Made by a program: the position numbers and the translations under genes. From assembly GCA_023416545.1 (NCBI GenBank), contig JAEZHO010000253.1:3049-67048 (forward strand): 64,000 bases of DNA, read 5' to 3'. Under the pieces are notes generated by a model that worked only from the letters and a program-made list of their open reading frames with translations, was not told where the DNA came from and ran no database searches. Shown one piece after another: positions 18,701 to 27,739 of the stretch; position 1 is the first letter of the stretch, and every line of letters begins with the position of its first letter. This DNA comes from Pseudomonadota bacterium (lineage in GTDB: Bacteria; Pseudomonadota; Alphaproteobacteria; Rhizobiales; Rhizobiaceae).

Positions 18701-19669
18701 TCATTTCAGCCGTGGAATGACCTGCGCTCCGAAAAGGTCGATGAACTGCCGCTGGTTACGTCCGACGTTGTGGACGTAGATCTGCTCGAACCCCATCGCC
18801 ATGTCCTCCTCCAGCCATGCGACATGGCGCGCAGGATCGGCCGAGATACGGACGAATTCGTCCATCTCCTCCGGCCTCACGCGGGCGCAGGCGGCGTCGA
18901 ATTCCTCCGGTGTCCTGAGCGTCTCCGCCACCGGGGCCGGCAGCGTATTTGTCCGCCACTGGTCGAACGCATTGTCCCGCGCCTCTGATTCAGTGGGCGC
19001 GTAGGAGACGTGGACCTGGAGGTAGACCGGCTTCCCGCCCCCGCCGCCACGCCGGAAGGCTTCGACGATCCGGGCAAGCTTTTCACGAGGCTGGTTGATG
19101 GTGATCAGTCCGTCCGCCCAGCCTCCGGCCCACTCGGCCGTGGCGACGGAAAGCGCGCCGGCGATCAGCCTCGGCGCCTCCTTCGGAAACGTATGGAGCC
19201 GCGCCTCATCGACCCGGATCGGAGCCTCGCGGGTGACGGTCGATCCGTCCCACAGCGCCCGGATGATATCCACCCCGGCCAGCAGCCGATCGTTCCTCTC
19301 CGGCTTGGACGGCCAGCAGTCGCCGATGACATGCTCGCTGAGCGCCTGGCCTGTTCCGACAGCCATCCAGGGAAAGCGGCCGGGGAAGAGTTCGCCCAGC
19401 GTCGCGGCCGCCTGCGCGGTTATGACCGGGTGGTAGCGCCAGCCCATAGGAACCGTGATCAGCCCGAACGGAATCTCCCGCGTTGCCTGCATGGCTGCGC
19501 CGAGAAACGTCCAGACAAAGCCTGACTGCCCCTGCCGCTCGCTCCAGGGCGCCAGGTGATCGGAGGACATGACCGCGCCGAAGCCGGCGTCTTCCGCCGC
19601 CTGGACGCAGGCGACGAGTTCGCTCGGGGCAAACTGCTCGTGGGAAGCGTGGTAACCGATGATCGTCAT
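18701..19669 (-). CDS. LLM-class (luciferase-like) flavin-dependent oxidoreductase, probably non-F420 type
   Basis: IGYHASHEQF, SSDHLAPWSERQGQSG and HNVGRNQ motifs. Confidence 0.88.
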   Translation of the reverse strand: MTIIGYHASHEQFAPSELVACVQAAEDAGFGAVMSSDHLAPWSERQGQSGFVWTFLGAAMQATREIPFGLITVPMGWRYHPVITAQAAATLGELFPGRFPWMAVGTGQALSEHVIGDCWPSKPERNDRLLAGVDIIRALWDGSTVTREAPIRVDEARLHTFPKEAPRLIAGALSVATAEWAGGWADGLITINQPREKLARIVEAFRRGGGGGKPVYLQVHVSYAPTESEARDNAFDQWRTNTLPAPVAETLRTPEEFDAACARVRPEEMDEFVRISADPARHVAWLEEDMAMGFEQIYVHNVGRNQRQFIDLFGAQVIPRLK

Positions 19670-19677
19670 GGCACTAG

Positions 19678-19702
19678 AAGGCGGAAGCGCGCCCTTGGTT
19701 CC
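19678..19702 (-). promoter_or_regulatory. Putative EcfG/RpoE2 promoter for the LLM oxidoreductase
   Basis: Minus strand GGAAC-N16-CCTT ending 8 nt before the ATG. Confidence 0.6.
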
Positions 19703-19711
19703 CTCCTGGGT

Positions 19712-20968
19712 TCAGCCCCGTCTTGCGCCGCGACTTCCGAAATCCTCTTCCCAGCCGAACACGCTTCGCCCGCCAAGTTCCGCGGAGTCGCGGAATTCGC
19801 CCGCCACGATCTCCTTGAGATCCGGGCCGGTCACATATCGCTCCAGCTGCCGCGCCTGGTCGTCCAGCCGTTTCAGTGCCTGCAGTTCCTCCTCGCGCCC
19901 GAGCCTGCCCTTGCCGACCGCCGATTTCATCACCCGGATCGTCTCGTCATAGACCTTGAGTGGCACCGGGAAGGGATGGCGATCCTTGCCGCCATGGGCG
20001 AGCGAGAAACGGGCCGGGTCGGAGAAGCGGCAGGGCGAGCCGTGGACGACCTCGGCCACCATCGCGAGAGCCTTTACCGTGCGCGCGCCGACGCCGGGGA
20101 CGAGCAGCAGTTGCTGGAAGTCCTCCGGCCCGCGGTCGGCCGCGGCGGCGAGCGTGCCATGGAGCCGCCGCATGTTGACGTCGTTCTCGCGGACGTCGTG
20201 ATGGGCGGGCATGACCAGGTGCGGCAGCATCGGCTGCGACAGGTCGACGGGCGGCTCACGTCGCTCGAGCGAGGCGAGTTCGCCGACGATCCGGTCCGGG
20301 CCGAGGTTCGCCAGCAGATCCAGTTGCGACATGCGGGAAGCGTCGGCACGCCGGTCCGCCAGGTTGACGATCTCGCCCTGCCCTTTCCCCTCGATCGCCG
20401 CATGGGGCGAATCCAGGAAGCTCTCCAGCCCCTCCGACAGCCAATGGTAGCGCCGGGCCTGTCGCCGGTCACCATTCATGCCCTGCTGCACGACCACCCA
20501 CTTGCCGTCGTCGGTGACGATGAAACCATGCAGATAGAGATCGAAGCCGTCCTGGACGGCCGCGCTGTCGACCTTGGCAACGAGGCGGCTGGTGGTCGCC
20601 AGCGCGCCGCCATCGATCCCGACGCGATTGCCCACGGCTGCGAGTTCGTCGGGGGTTTTTCGCGAATGCTGTCCGCGCCCGCCGCAGACGTGAATGCCGA
20701 GTTCCCCTGAGAGCGGCGTCAGGCCGCGTTTCAGCGCGCCGATCACGCTCGTGGTTATTCCCGAGGAATGCCAGTCCATGCCCATGACCGCGCCGAAGGA
20801 CTGGAACCAGAACGGGTGCGCCATGCGGCGGAGGAATTCGTCGCGGCCATAGTGCTGCACCACGGCCTCGGTGATCAGCGCACCGAGACGGGTCATCCGC
20901 TCACCGAGCCATTGCGGCACCCGGCCGCCGTGAAGCGGAAGGTCGGCGCTGCCGGCTCTCTGTGCCAT
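19712..20968 (-). CDS. DUF763 domain protein
   Basis: ADLPLHGGRVP, GMDWHSSGITT, VVQQGMN and FSLAHGGKD motifs. Confidence 0.88.
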   Translation of the reverse strand: MAQRAGSADLPLHGGRVPQWLGERMTRLGALITEAVVQHYGRDEFLRRMAHPFWFQSFGAVMGMDWHSSGITTSVIGALKRGLTPLSGELGIHVCGGRGQHSRKTPDELAAVGNRVGIDGGALATTSRLVAKVDSAAVQDGFDLYLHGFIVTDDGKWVVVQQGMNGDRRQARRYHWLSEGLESFLDSPHAAIEGKGQGEIVNLADRRADASRMSQLDLLANLGPDRIVGELASLERREPPVDLSQPMLPHLVMPAHHDVRENDVNMRRLHGTLAAAADRGPEDFQQLLLVPGVGARTVKALAMVAEVVHGSPCRFSDPARFSLAHGGKDRHPFPVPLKVYDETIRVMKSAVGKGRLGREEELQALKRLDDQARQLERYVTGPDLKEIVAGEFRDSAELGGRSVFGWEEDFGSRGARRG

Positions 20969-21034
20969 ATCCGGGCCCCTTCTCCAGTTTCTGCTTATAT
21001 AGCTGGATTCGGGAGACGAAACAGGATCGCGCCG

Positions 21035-22207
21035 TCAGCTCGCCTGAAAATCTCGCAGCCGGTCCGCCAGAAGGGAGATCGTGCCCGCGTCCGCATTGGC
21101 GAAGGCAAAGCGGAGATAGGCTTCCTGGCCCTCGCCGAAATAGGCGCCCGGAATGCAGATGACCCCTGCTTGCCTCGCCAGCCGCTCGGCGACGGCGGCA
21201 GACCCCAGCTCCGGAAAGGGATGACGCACGAAGGCGAAGTAGGCGCCGAGCGAATCGACTCGCCATTCGGGGAGCTTCGCCATCGTCGCCGTCAGGGCAT
21301 CGGCGCGGCGGACGATTTCCTGCCGATTGGTCTCCCTCCAGCCCGCCAGCAGCGGAAGCGCCCGCGCCACCGCGGCCTGCGCCGCCCTCGGCGCGCAGAT
21401 CTGCAGATTGTCCATGACCTTGGCGATCTGCTCGACGGCCTTCGGCCCCGCGGTGATCGCCCCGAGCCGATGGCCGGGAATGCAGAGGGATTTCGAGAAG
21501 CTGTAGAGGCAGATCAGGTGGTCTTCCCAGCCCTCGATCGCGAACAGGCCGTGCGGCGCGCTGCCCGCATCCGACAGGAAGTCACGGTAGGTCTCGTCGA
21601 GGATAAGCCAGATATCCCTTTCGCGACAAAGCTCGAAGATCTCCAGCAGGAGCTCCGGCGGATAGACCGAACCCGTCGGATTGTTCGGGGAGACCAGCGC
21701 GAGCGCGCGCACGTCAGGCGTGATGGCCGCGGCGATCGCCTCCGGCCGCGGAATGAACCCGTCCTCCGGGCGGCAGGTCACCGTCTGCAACTTCACGCCC
21801 ATCATCGCGAGCGTCGTATCGTGGTTGAAATAAAAGGGGTTGGTCATCAGCACCGTCTGGCCGGGACCGGCAATCGTCATGGCGGCACTGGCGAAGGCCT
21901 CGTTGCACCCCGAGGTGATGTGGATGTTGTCGGGTTTCAGCGTTGCGCCGTAAACCTCGCTTACATGCTCCGCATAGGCGCGACGCAGATCGGCGTCACC
22001 CTCGATCGGGCCGTAGCCGCAATAGGCGGCCGACGAGGCCATCTCGCCGAGAAGCGCCAGCATGTCCGGATGCGGCGGATAGCCGGGCACCGCCTGCGAC
22101 AGGTCGATCAACGGGCCTCGCGATCCGTCATAGGCCCTGCCCCAGGCAAATACGGAAGGGACGGGCGGCGGGGCGAGCTTTTCGACGAGGGGATTGAACG
22201 CTGGCAT
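21035..22207 (-). CDS. PLP-dependent aminotransferase class I/II
   Basis: LSQAVP, SPNNPTG, DETY and SFSKSLCIPGHRLG motifs. Confidence 0.92.
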   Translation of the reverse strand: MPAFNPLVEKLAPPPVPSVFAWGRAYDGSRGPLIDLSQAVPGYPPHPDMLALLGEMASSAAYCGYGPIEGDADLRRAYAEHVSEVYGATLKPDNIHITSGCNEAFASAAMTIAGPGQTVLMTNPFYFNHDTTLAMMGVKLQTVTCRPEDGFIPRPEAIAAAITPDVRALALVSPNNPTGSVYPPELLLEIFELCRERDIWLILDETYRDFLSDAGSAPHGLFAIEGWEDHLICLYSFSKSLCIPGHRLGAITAGPKAVEQIAKVMDNLQICAPRAAQAAVARALPLLAGWRETNRQEIVRRADALTATMAKLPEWRVDSLGAYFAFVRHPFPELGSAAVAERLARQAGVICIPGAYFGEGQEAYLRFAFANADAGTISLLADRLRDFQAS

Positions 22208-22313
22208 GATGATTCCGTGACGAGGGACGATATCGGCGGGTGGCATTGATTTGCCACCCATTTACCAGAATATTGCTGCTGGCAAGGACGAGATCGCCAC
22301 GAAAGGACATGTC

Positions 22314-22979
22314 ATGGCCGACGACCCTGCCGAGCACGAGGACAGCAAGCTCACGCGCACGAAGCGGACATGGGCGCAGGAGGGCCGGTTCCTCACCGGC
22401 AGGATCGCCCGCCCGGAGGTCGAACGCCTTCCCCCCAGCCAGCATCTGGTGAAGAACTGGCCCGTCCTCGACCTCGGCCAGCAGCCGCAGATATCCACGG
22501 CCCAATGGCGTCTTGACGTCGCGGGACTGGTCGAGAATCCGAGGTCCTTCGACTGGACGGCATTCCTCGCCCTGCCGCAGACGCAAAACCGCTCGGACAT
22601 CCACTGCGTCACCACATGGTCCCGCTACGACAACGACTGGACGGGCGTCTCGACCCGTGACCTGCTGGCCGTCGTACACCCGAAGGCGGAGGCCGCCGCG
22701 GTCATGTTCACGAGTTACGACGGCTACACGACCAATCTTCTCCTTGAGGACTTTGCAGCCGACGACGCCCTGCTCGCCCACCGATGGCAGGACCAGCCGC
22801 TGACCGCCGATCACGGCGGACCGGTCCGCCTCGTCGTGCCGCACCTCTATTTCTGGAAGAGCGCTAAATGGCTGAAGCGGATCGATTTCATCGCGTCCGA
22901 CCGCGCCGGCTTCTGGGAAGAGAACGGCTACCACATGCGTGGCGACCCCTGGGCCGAGCAGCGCTATTCCGACGATTGA
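22314..22979 (+). CDS. Sulfite oxidase-like molybdopterin oxidoreductase (YuiH-like)
   Basis: DIHCVTTWS (Mo-ligand Cys), HGGPVRLVVPHLYFWKSAKW and GFWEENGYH motifs; no signal peptide. Confidence 0.9.
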   Translation: MADDPAEHEDSKLTRTKRTWAQEGRFLTGRIARPEVERLPPSQHLVKNWPVLDLGQQPQISTAQWRLDVAGLVENPRSFDWTAFLALPQTQNRSDIHCVTTWSRYDNDWTGVSTRDLLAVVHPKAEAAAVMFTSYDGYTTNLLLEDFAADDALLAHRWQDQPLTADHGGPVRLVVPHLYFWKSAKWLKRIDFIASDRAGFWEENGYHMRGDPWAEQRYSDD

Positions 22980-22981
22980 GC

Positions 22982-23866
22982 TCAGCGTTGCTCGCGCAGG
23001 AAGTTGATGAGCCCCGAGAAATCGTCGCCGCCGTGGCCGTGCGCGTTGAAACGCTCGTAGAGGTCGGCCGCATGGGCTCCCATCTCGGTGGTTGCCCCCG
23101 TTGCAGAGGCCGCTTCCTGCGACAGCTTAAGGTCCTTCAGCATGAGCGCGGCCGCGAAGCCCGGCTTGTATCCGTTGTTCGCCGGGGAGCCGGGCACCGG
23201 ACCGGGGACCGGGCAATAGGTGTTGATCGACCAGCATTGGCCTGACGAGGTCGAGGCCACGTCGAACAGTGCCTGGTGCGACAATCCGAGTTTCTCGCCC
23301 AGCACGAAGGCCTCGCAGACGCCCGCCATGGTGATGCCGAGGATCATGTTGTTGCAGATCTTCGCGGCCTGTCCCGCGCCCGCGTCGCCGCAATGCACGA
23401 TCCGCTTTCCCATCTGCTCAAGGACCGGCCTGCCGCGGGCAAAGGCGTCGTCGGCGCCACCGACCATGAACGTCAGTGTCCCGGCTGTCGCGCCGCCCGT
23501 GCCGCCCGAGACCGGCGCGTCCAGCGAGAGGCAACCGGCGCCTTTCGCCAGCCTATGCGCCTGCCTTGCGCTTTCGACGTCGATGGTCGAGCAGTCGATC
23601 AGCAAGGTACCGGGCACGAGGGCCGCGACCAGTTCCTCCCAGACCGACAGGACGTGCCTGCCGGCCGGCAGCATCGTCACCACGATGCCCGCTCCAGCCA
23701 CCGCCTCGACGGCACTTCCGGCAATGGCGATCCCGTTCGCCGCAGCCGACTGGCGCGATTCCGGCGACAGGTCGAAGCCCGAGACCTCGCGACCTGCCTT
23801 GACCAGATTGGCTGCCATCGGCCCGCCCATGTTCCCCAGTCCGATGAATGCGATGCGATCCTGCAT
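22982..23866 (-). CDS. mmsB: 3-hydroxyisobutyrate dehydrogenase
   Basis: FIGLGNMG, DAPVSGG, KICNNMILG and CWSINTYCPVPG motifs. Confidence 0.93.
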   Translation of the reverse strand: MQDRIAFIGLGNMGGPMAANLVKAGREVSGFDLSPESRQSAAANGIAIAGSAVEAVAGAGIVVTMLPAGRHVLSVWEELVAALVPGTLLIDCSTIDVESARQAHRLAKGAGCLSLDAPVSGGTGGATAGTLTFMVGGADDAFARGRPVLEQMGKRIVHCGDAGAGQAAKICNNMILGITMAGVCEAFVLGEKLGLSHQALFDVASTSSGQCWSINTYCPVPGPVPGSPANNGYKPGFAAALMLKDLKLSQEAASATGATTEMGAHAADLYERFNAHGHGGDDFSGLINFLREQR

Positions 23867-23930
23867 GTCTTTCCTCCCATGAACGGACCCGCGACACGGC
23901 GCCGGCCCGGAACTGAACCTGCGGTACTCC

Positions 23931-25076
23931 CTAGGACGTTCGCCCGATGAGCGAGCGTGCGATGATCACGTTCATGATCTCGTTCGTGCCTTCGAGGATC
24001 TGGTGAACCCGGAGGTCGCGGACGATCTTCTCGATTCCGTATTCGGCAAGATAGCCGTATCCGCCATGCAACTGGAGCGCGCCGTTGGCCACCTCGAAGC
24101 AGCGGTCCGTGACGAGCCGTTTGGCCATGGCGCAAAGCGTGGTCGCGTCGGGAGCCTTCTCATCCAGGGCGGTCGCCGCCCGCCACAGGAAGGTCCGGCA
24201 CATTTCGAGATTCGCGGCCATGTCGGCGAGCGAGAACTGCAGCGCCTGGAAGGCGGTGAGCGGCTGCCCGAAGGCCTTTCGGTCGCCCATGTAGGCAAGC
24301 GCCTTGTCGAAGGCCGATTGCGCGCCCCCGAGCGAGGCCGCGGCAATGTTGAGGCGCCCGCCATCGAGCCCCGCCATGGCGATCCGGAACCCGTCCCCCT
24401 CCTCGCCGAGCCGGTTTGCGACGGGTACGCGCGCACTGTCGAGAATGACGGCGCGGGTCGGCTGCGCATGCCATCCCATCTTGCGCTCGTCGGCGCCGAA
24501 GGAAAGCCCGGGCGTATCGGCCGGCACGAGCAGCGTGGAGATCCCTTTCGGGCCGTCCTCCCCCGTCCGCACCATGACGACGTAGACATCCGAGGCTCCC
24601 GCACCCGAGATGAACTGCTTCTGACCGGAAACCACATAGTGGTCCCCGTCGCGCACCGCCCTCGTCTTCAGGGCCGCGGCGTCCGATCCGGAACCCGGCT
24701 CGGTAAGGCAGTAGCTTGCCAGCCGGTCCATGGTCACGAGGCCGGGCAGCCATTGTTCACGCTGCTGCTGGTTGCCGAAACGGTCGACCATCCAGGCGCA
24801 CATGTTGTGGATGGAGATATACGACGCGACCGCCGGACATCCGCCGGCGAGTGCTTCCATGATCAGCGCCGATTCAACCCGTCCGAGCCCCGCGCCGCCG
24901 ATGTCGTCGCGAACATAGATGCCGCCCATTCCCAGAGCACCGGCATTGCGGATCGTTTCGACGGGAAAGTGCTTTTCCCGGTCCCATTCCAGCGCGAAGG
25001 GCGCGATCTCCTCAGCTGCGAAATCGCGCGCCATCTGCCGGATGGCGGCCTGCTCCTCGGTGAGCATGAAATCCAT
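23931..25076 (-). CDS. Acyl-CoA dehydrogenase (isobutyryl-CoA dehydrogenase-like)
   Basis: SYCLTEPGSGSDA, QLHGGYGY and HQILEGTNEIM motifs; adjacent to mmsB. Confidence 0.9.
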   Translation of the reverse strand: MDFMLTEEQAAIRQMARDFAAEEIAPFALEWDREKHFPVETIRNAGALGMGGIYVRDDIGGAGLGRVESALIMEALAGGCPAVASYISIHNMCAWMVDRFGNQQQREQWLPGLVTMDRLASYCLTEPGSGSDAAALKTRAVRDGDHYVVSGQKQFISGAGASDVYVVMVRTGEDGPKGISTLLVPADTPGLSFGADERKMGWHAQPTRAVILDSARVPVANRLGEEGDGFRIAMAGLDGGRLNIAAASLGGAQSAFDKALAYMGDRKAFGQPLTAFQALQFSLADMAANLEMCRTFLWRAATALDEKAPDATTLCAMAKRLVTDRCFEVANGALQLHGGYGYLAEYGIEKIVRDLRVHQILEGTNEIMNVIIARSLIGRTS

Positions 25077-25116
25077 GTCTCGCCTCCCTTGGTCTCCCTC
25101 GGCCTCCCGCCAGGAC

Positions 25117-25135
25117 TGTGCAGGGATTTTGCACA
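25117..25135. promoter_or_regulatory. Palindrome TGTGCA-N7-TGCACA, putative operator
   Basis: Perfect 6-bp inverted repeat about 40 nt upstream of the acyl-CoA dehydrogenase start. Confidence 0.5.
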
Positions 25136-25192
25136 AGCCGGCGGCTTGCGCCAGCACGGTCTTGCCTTCCCCCTCAGGTTGACCGGGAGGGA

Positions 25193-26263
25193 TCAGCGCG
25201 CGAGCGCCACGGACTTCACCACCGCATAGACCGACCGCCCCACCGCAAGACCCAGCCGGTCCCGGGAAAAGGCGGTGATCCGGGCGAAGATGCGGACCTC
25301 GCCGACAGCGAGTTCGACGCGGATCAGCCCGTCCGTATCGTCCTCGAAGCCCGCTATCGTGCCGGCGAGGATGTTCAGCGCGCTGATGCCGGCCGGTTTT
25401 TCCGTCGCGATCATGACGTCCCGTTCGGGAATGTGCAGTCGCACGGCCTGGCCCGCGTGCAGGCCGGGGTCGGGTACCACGATCTCCACGGAGCCCGCAT
25501 CGACGATCGCCAGTCCGTGAGCGACATCGACCGAACGCACGACGGCGGCGAGCACGGCACCGGCGTCGCGGCGCTCATGGGCCGAGAGCAGACGACCCTT
25601 GAGTATCTCCGAAGGCGTCCCGATCGCGGCAACCTGCCCGTCGCGCATCATGACGACGCGATCTGCGAGCTGCCCGACCTCGGTCACCGAATGGCTGACA
25701 TAGACGATCGGAATGCCCGCCTCGTCCCGCAGACGCGCGAGATAGGGCAGGATCTCCGCCTTGCGATCGTCGTCGAGAGCCGCAAGCGGCTCGTCCATCA
25801 GAAGCAGGCGAGGCGAAGAGAGAAGCGCGCGCCCGATCGAGACGCGCTGGCGCTCGCCTCCGGACAGGTTGGCCGGCGGTCGGCCGAGCAAGGGCGCAAT
25901 GCCGAGAAGGTCGACGACCCGGTCGAGATCGCGATGGTCCGCACCGCGCGGCGCGAACCAGCGGCCGAAGGTCAGGTTTCGCCGCACGCTGAGATGCGGG
26001 AAGAGCCGGGCCTCCTGGAACACATAGCCGAACCGCCTGCGGTGCGGGGGGACGAAACGGCCCAGGCTGGTGTCGAGCAGGACGTCGTCATCGAACACGA
26101 CCCGGCCGGACTGCGGCCTCGCGAGGCCGGCGATTACCCGCACGAGCGAGGTCTTGCCGGAACCGGACTGGCCGAACAATGCCGTCACCCCACCCTCGGC
26201 GGTAAAGCCGGCATCCATGCGGAATGCTCCGAGAGCCTGTTTCACGTCGACGGTGAGCATCAT
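25193..26263 (-). CDS. modC: Molybdate ABC transporter ATP-binding protein
   Basis: GQSGSGKT, YVFQEARLFPHL and LSGGERQR motifs; C-terminal TOBE-like region. Confidence 0.94.
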   Translation of the reverse strand: MMLTVDVKQALGAFRMDAGFTAEGGVTALFGQSGSGKTSLVRVIAGLARPQSGRVVFDDDVLLDTSLGRFVPPHRRRFGYVFQEARLFPHLSVRRNLTFGRWFAPRGADHRDLDRVVDLLGIAPLLGRPPANLSGGERQRVSIGRALLSSPRLLLMDEPLAALDDDRKAEILPYLARLRDEAGIPIVYVSHSVTEVGQLADRVVMMRDGQVAAIGTPSEILKGRLLSAHERRDAGAVLAAVVRSVDVAHGLAIVDAGSVEIVVPDPGLHAGQAVRLHIPERDVMIATEKPAGISALNILAGTIAGFEDDTDGLIRVELAVGEVRIFARITAFSRDRLGLAVGRSVYAVVKSVALAR

Positions 26264-26961
26264 GGCGCCTCACCCTTCCGCCCGAGGAACCGCGCCACCC
26301 ATTCGGATGCCAGCAAGGCACCGAAGGAGATGGCGATGGCGACCACCGTCAGCCGCATTGCTCCGGCATCTCCGCCCGGCACCTGCGTGAGGGTGTAGAT
26401 CGCGGCGGAGAGCGTCTGCGTCTCGCCGGGGATGTTGGACACGAAGGTGATCGTCGCTCCGAATTCCCCCATCGCCTTGGCGAAGGAAAGAATCATGCCG
26501 GCGATGATGCCCGGAGCCGCAAGCGGCAGGGTCACGGTGAGGAACACCCAGGCAGGACGCGCGCCGAGCGTGCCTGCCGCCTCCTCCAGCCTGGTATCGA
26601 CCGCCTCCATCGAAAGGCGGATCGAGCGGACCATGAGCGGGAACCCCATGATGGCGCAGGCAAGCGCGGCCCCGGTCCAGCGGAAGGAGAAGGTGAAGCC
26701 GAGCCAGTCATACAGGAGGGAACCGATCGCACCCTGCCGGCCGAAGGTGATCAGCAGGAGAAATCCGGTGACCACGGGCGGAAGGACGAGCGGCAGATGC
26801 ACGATCCCGTTCAGGAGCGACTTGCCCCAGAACCGGGTGCGGGCAAGCAGATAGGCTATGGCGATGCCTGCAGGCAGGCTGCAAATAACCGCAACGGTCG
26901 ATACCTTCAGGCTAAGGCGGACGGCAGTCCATTCCTCCTCGCTCAGTGCAAGCCACTCCAA
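26260..26961 (-). CDS. modB: Molybdate ABC transporter permease
   Basis: HLPLVLPPVVTG, LEEAAGTLGA and GEFGATITFVSNIPGETQT motifs; TTG start with purine-rich RBS. Confidence 0.93.
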   Translation of the reverse strand: MEWLALSEEEWTAVRLSLKVSTVAVICSLPAGIAIAYLLARTRFWGKSLLNGIVHLPLVLPPVVTGFLLLITFGRQGAIGSLLYDWLGFTFSFRWTGAALACAIMGFPLMVRSIRLSMEAVDTRLEEAAGTLGARPAWVFLTVTLPLAAPGIIAGMILSFAKAMGEFGATITFVSNIPGETQTLSAAIYTLTQVPGGDAGAMRLTVVAIAISFGALLASEWVARFLGRKGEAP

Positions 26962-27073
26962 GCTCTTCCCCCCACTCGGACACGCGCAAGCGCCTGCTCC
27001 GCTTTGCGGCCAGACCAACTGGATAGACCGCCCGCGACGGAAAATCCATGCCGGCAACTCTCCGCGCCGCCGA

Positions 27074-27098
27074 GGAACTTTGTCCGGCGGACGAGGTT
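27074..27098 (+). promoter_or_regulatory. Putative EcfG/RpoE2 promoter for the second DUF892 gene
   Basis: GGAAC-N16-GGTT, 35 nt upstream of ATG 27134. Confidence 0.75.
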
Positions 27099-27133
27099 CG
27101 TGCCGCGGACGTCAACCCACATGGAGAATGAAC

Positions 27134-27649
27134 ATGGCTGACACCAGCAAGACACGTGAGATCTTCGTAACCGGCCTCAAGAACGCCCACGCGATGGAAA
27201 ACCAGGCCTTGTCGATCATGAAGCCGCAGGTTTCCCGCATCGAGAACTATCCGGAAGTCGCCCGCCGCCTCGAGGAGCATATCCGCGAGACGGAAGGCCA
27301 GATCGCACGCCTCGAAGAACTGTTGCAGCAACTGGACGAGAGCCACTCCTCGCTGAAGGACATGGCGCTGTCCTTCACAGGCGCGATGGCCGCGATGAGC
27401 CACACCGTCGCCGGGGATGAAATCCTCAAGAACTCCCTCGCCAACTTCGCCTTCGAGAATTTCGAGATCGCCGCCTACAAGTCCCTGCTGACGATCGCGG
27501 ACCTCGGAGGCTTCCCGTCGGCGACCTCCGCCCTGCAGGCGAACCTCAGGGAGGAGCAGGACATGGCAAAGTGGATCGACGACAACCTGCGCACGGTGAC
27601 GATGCGGTTCGCCCAGCTGCGCGAAGCCGGCGAGACCGCCAAGGTCTGA
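27134..27649 (+). CDS. Ferritin-like DUF892 (YciE/YciF family) stress protein
   Basis: LKNAHAMENQA, HIRET and FENFEIAAY motifs; GGAG RBS. Confidence 0.9.
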   Translation: MADTSKTREIFVTGLKNAHAMENQALSIMKPQVSRIENYPEVARRLEEHIRETEGQIARLEELLQQLDESHSSLKDMALSFTGAMAAMSHTVAGDEILKNSLANFAFENFEIAAYKSLLTIADLGGFPSATSALQANLREEQDMAKWIDDNLRTVTMRFAQLREAGETAKV

Positions 27650-27670
27650 CGCGAGGACCGGCAATACGAG

Positions 27671-27703
27671 GAGAGGAGCGGCACCGGCAGGTCCGCTCCT
27701 CTC
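27671..27703. terminator. Hairpin between convergent genes
   Basis: GAGAGGAGCGG-N11-CCGCTCCTCTC; no clear U-tract. Confidence 0.5.
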
Positions 27704-27739
27704 CCCGTCCCGACAGATGCGCGCGACCGCAACCTTGCC

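Noticed and set aside
22241..22254. TGGCATTGATTTGC as a sigma54 promoter
   Set aside because: GG-to-GC spacing is 9 nt rather than the required 10
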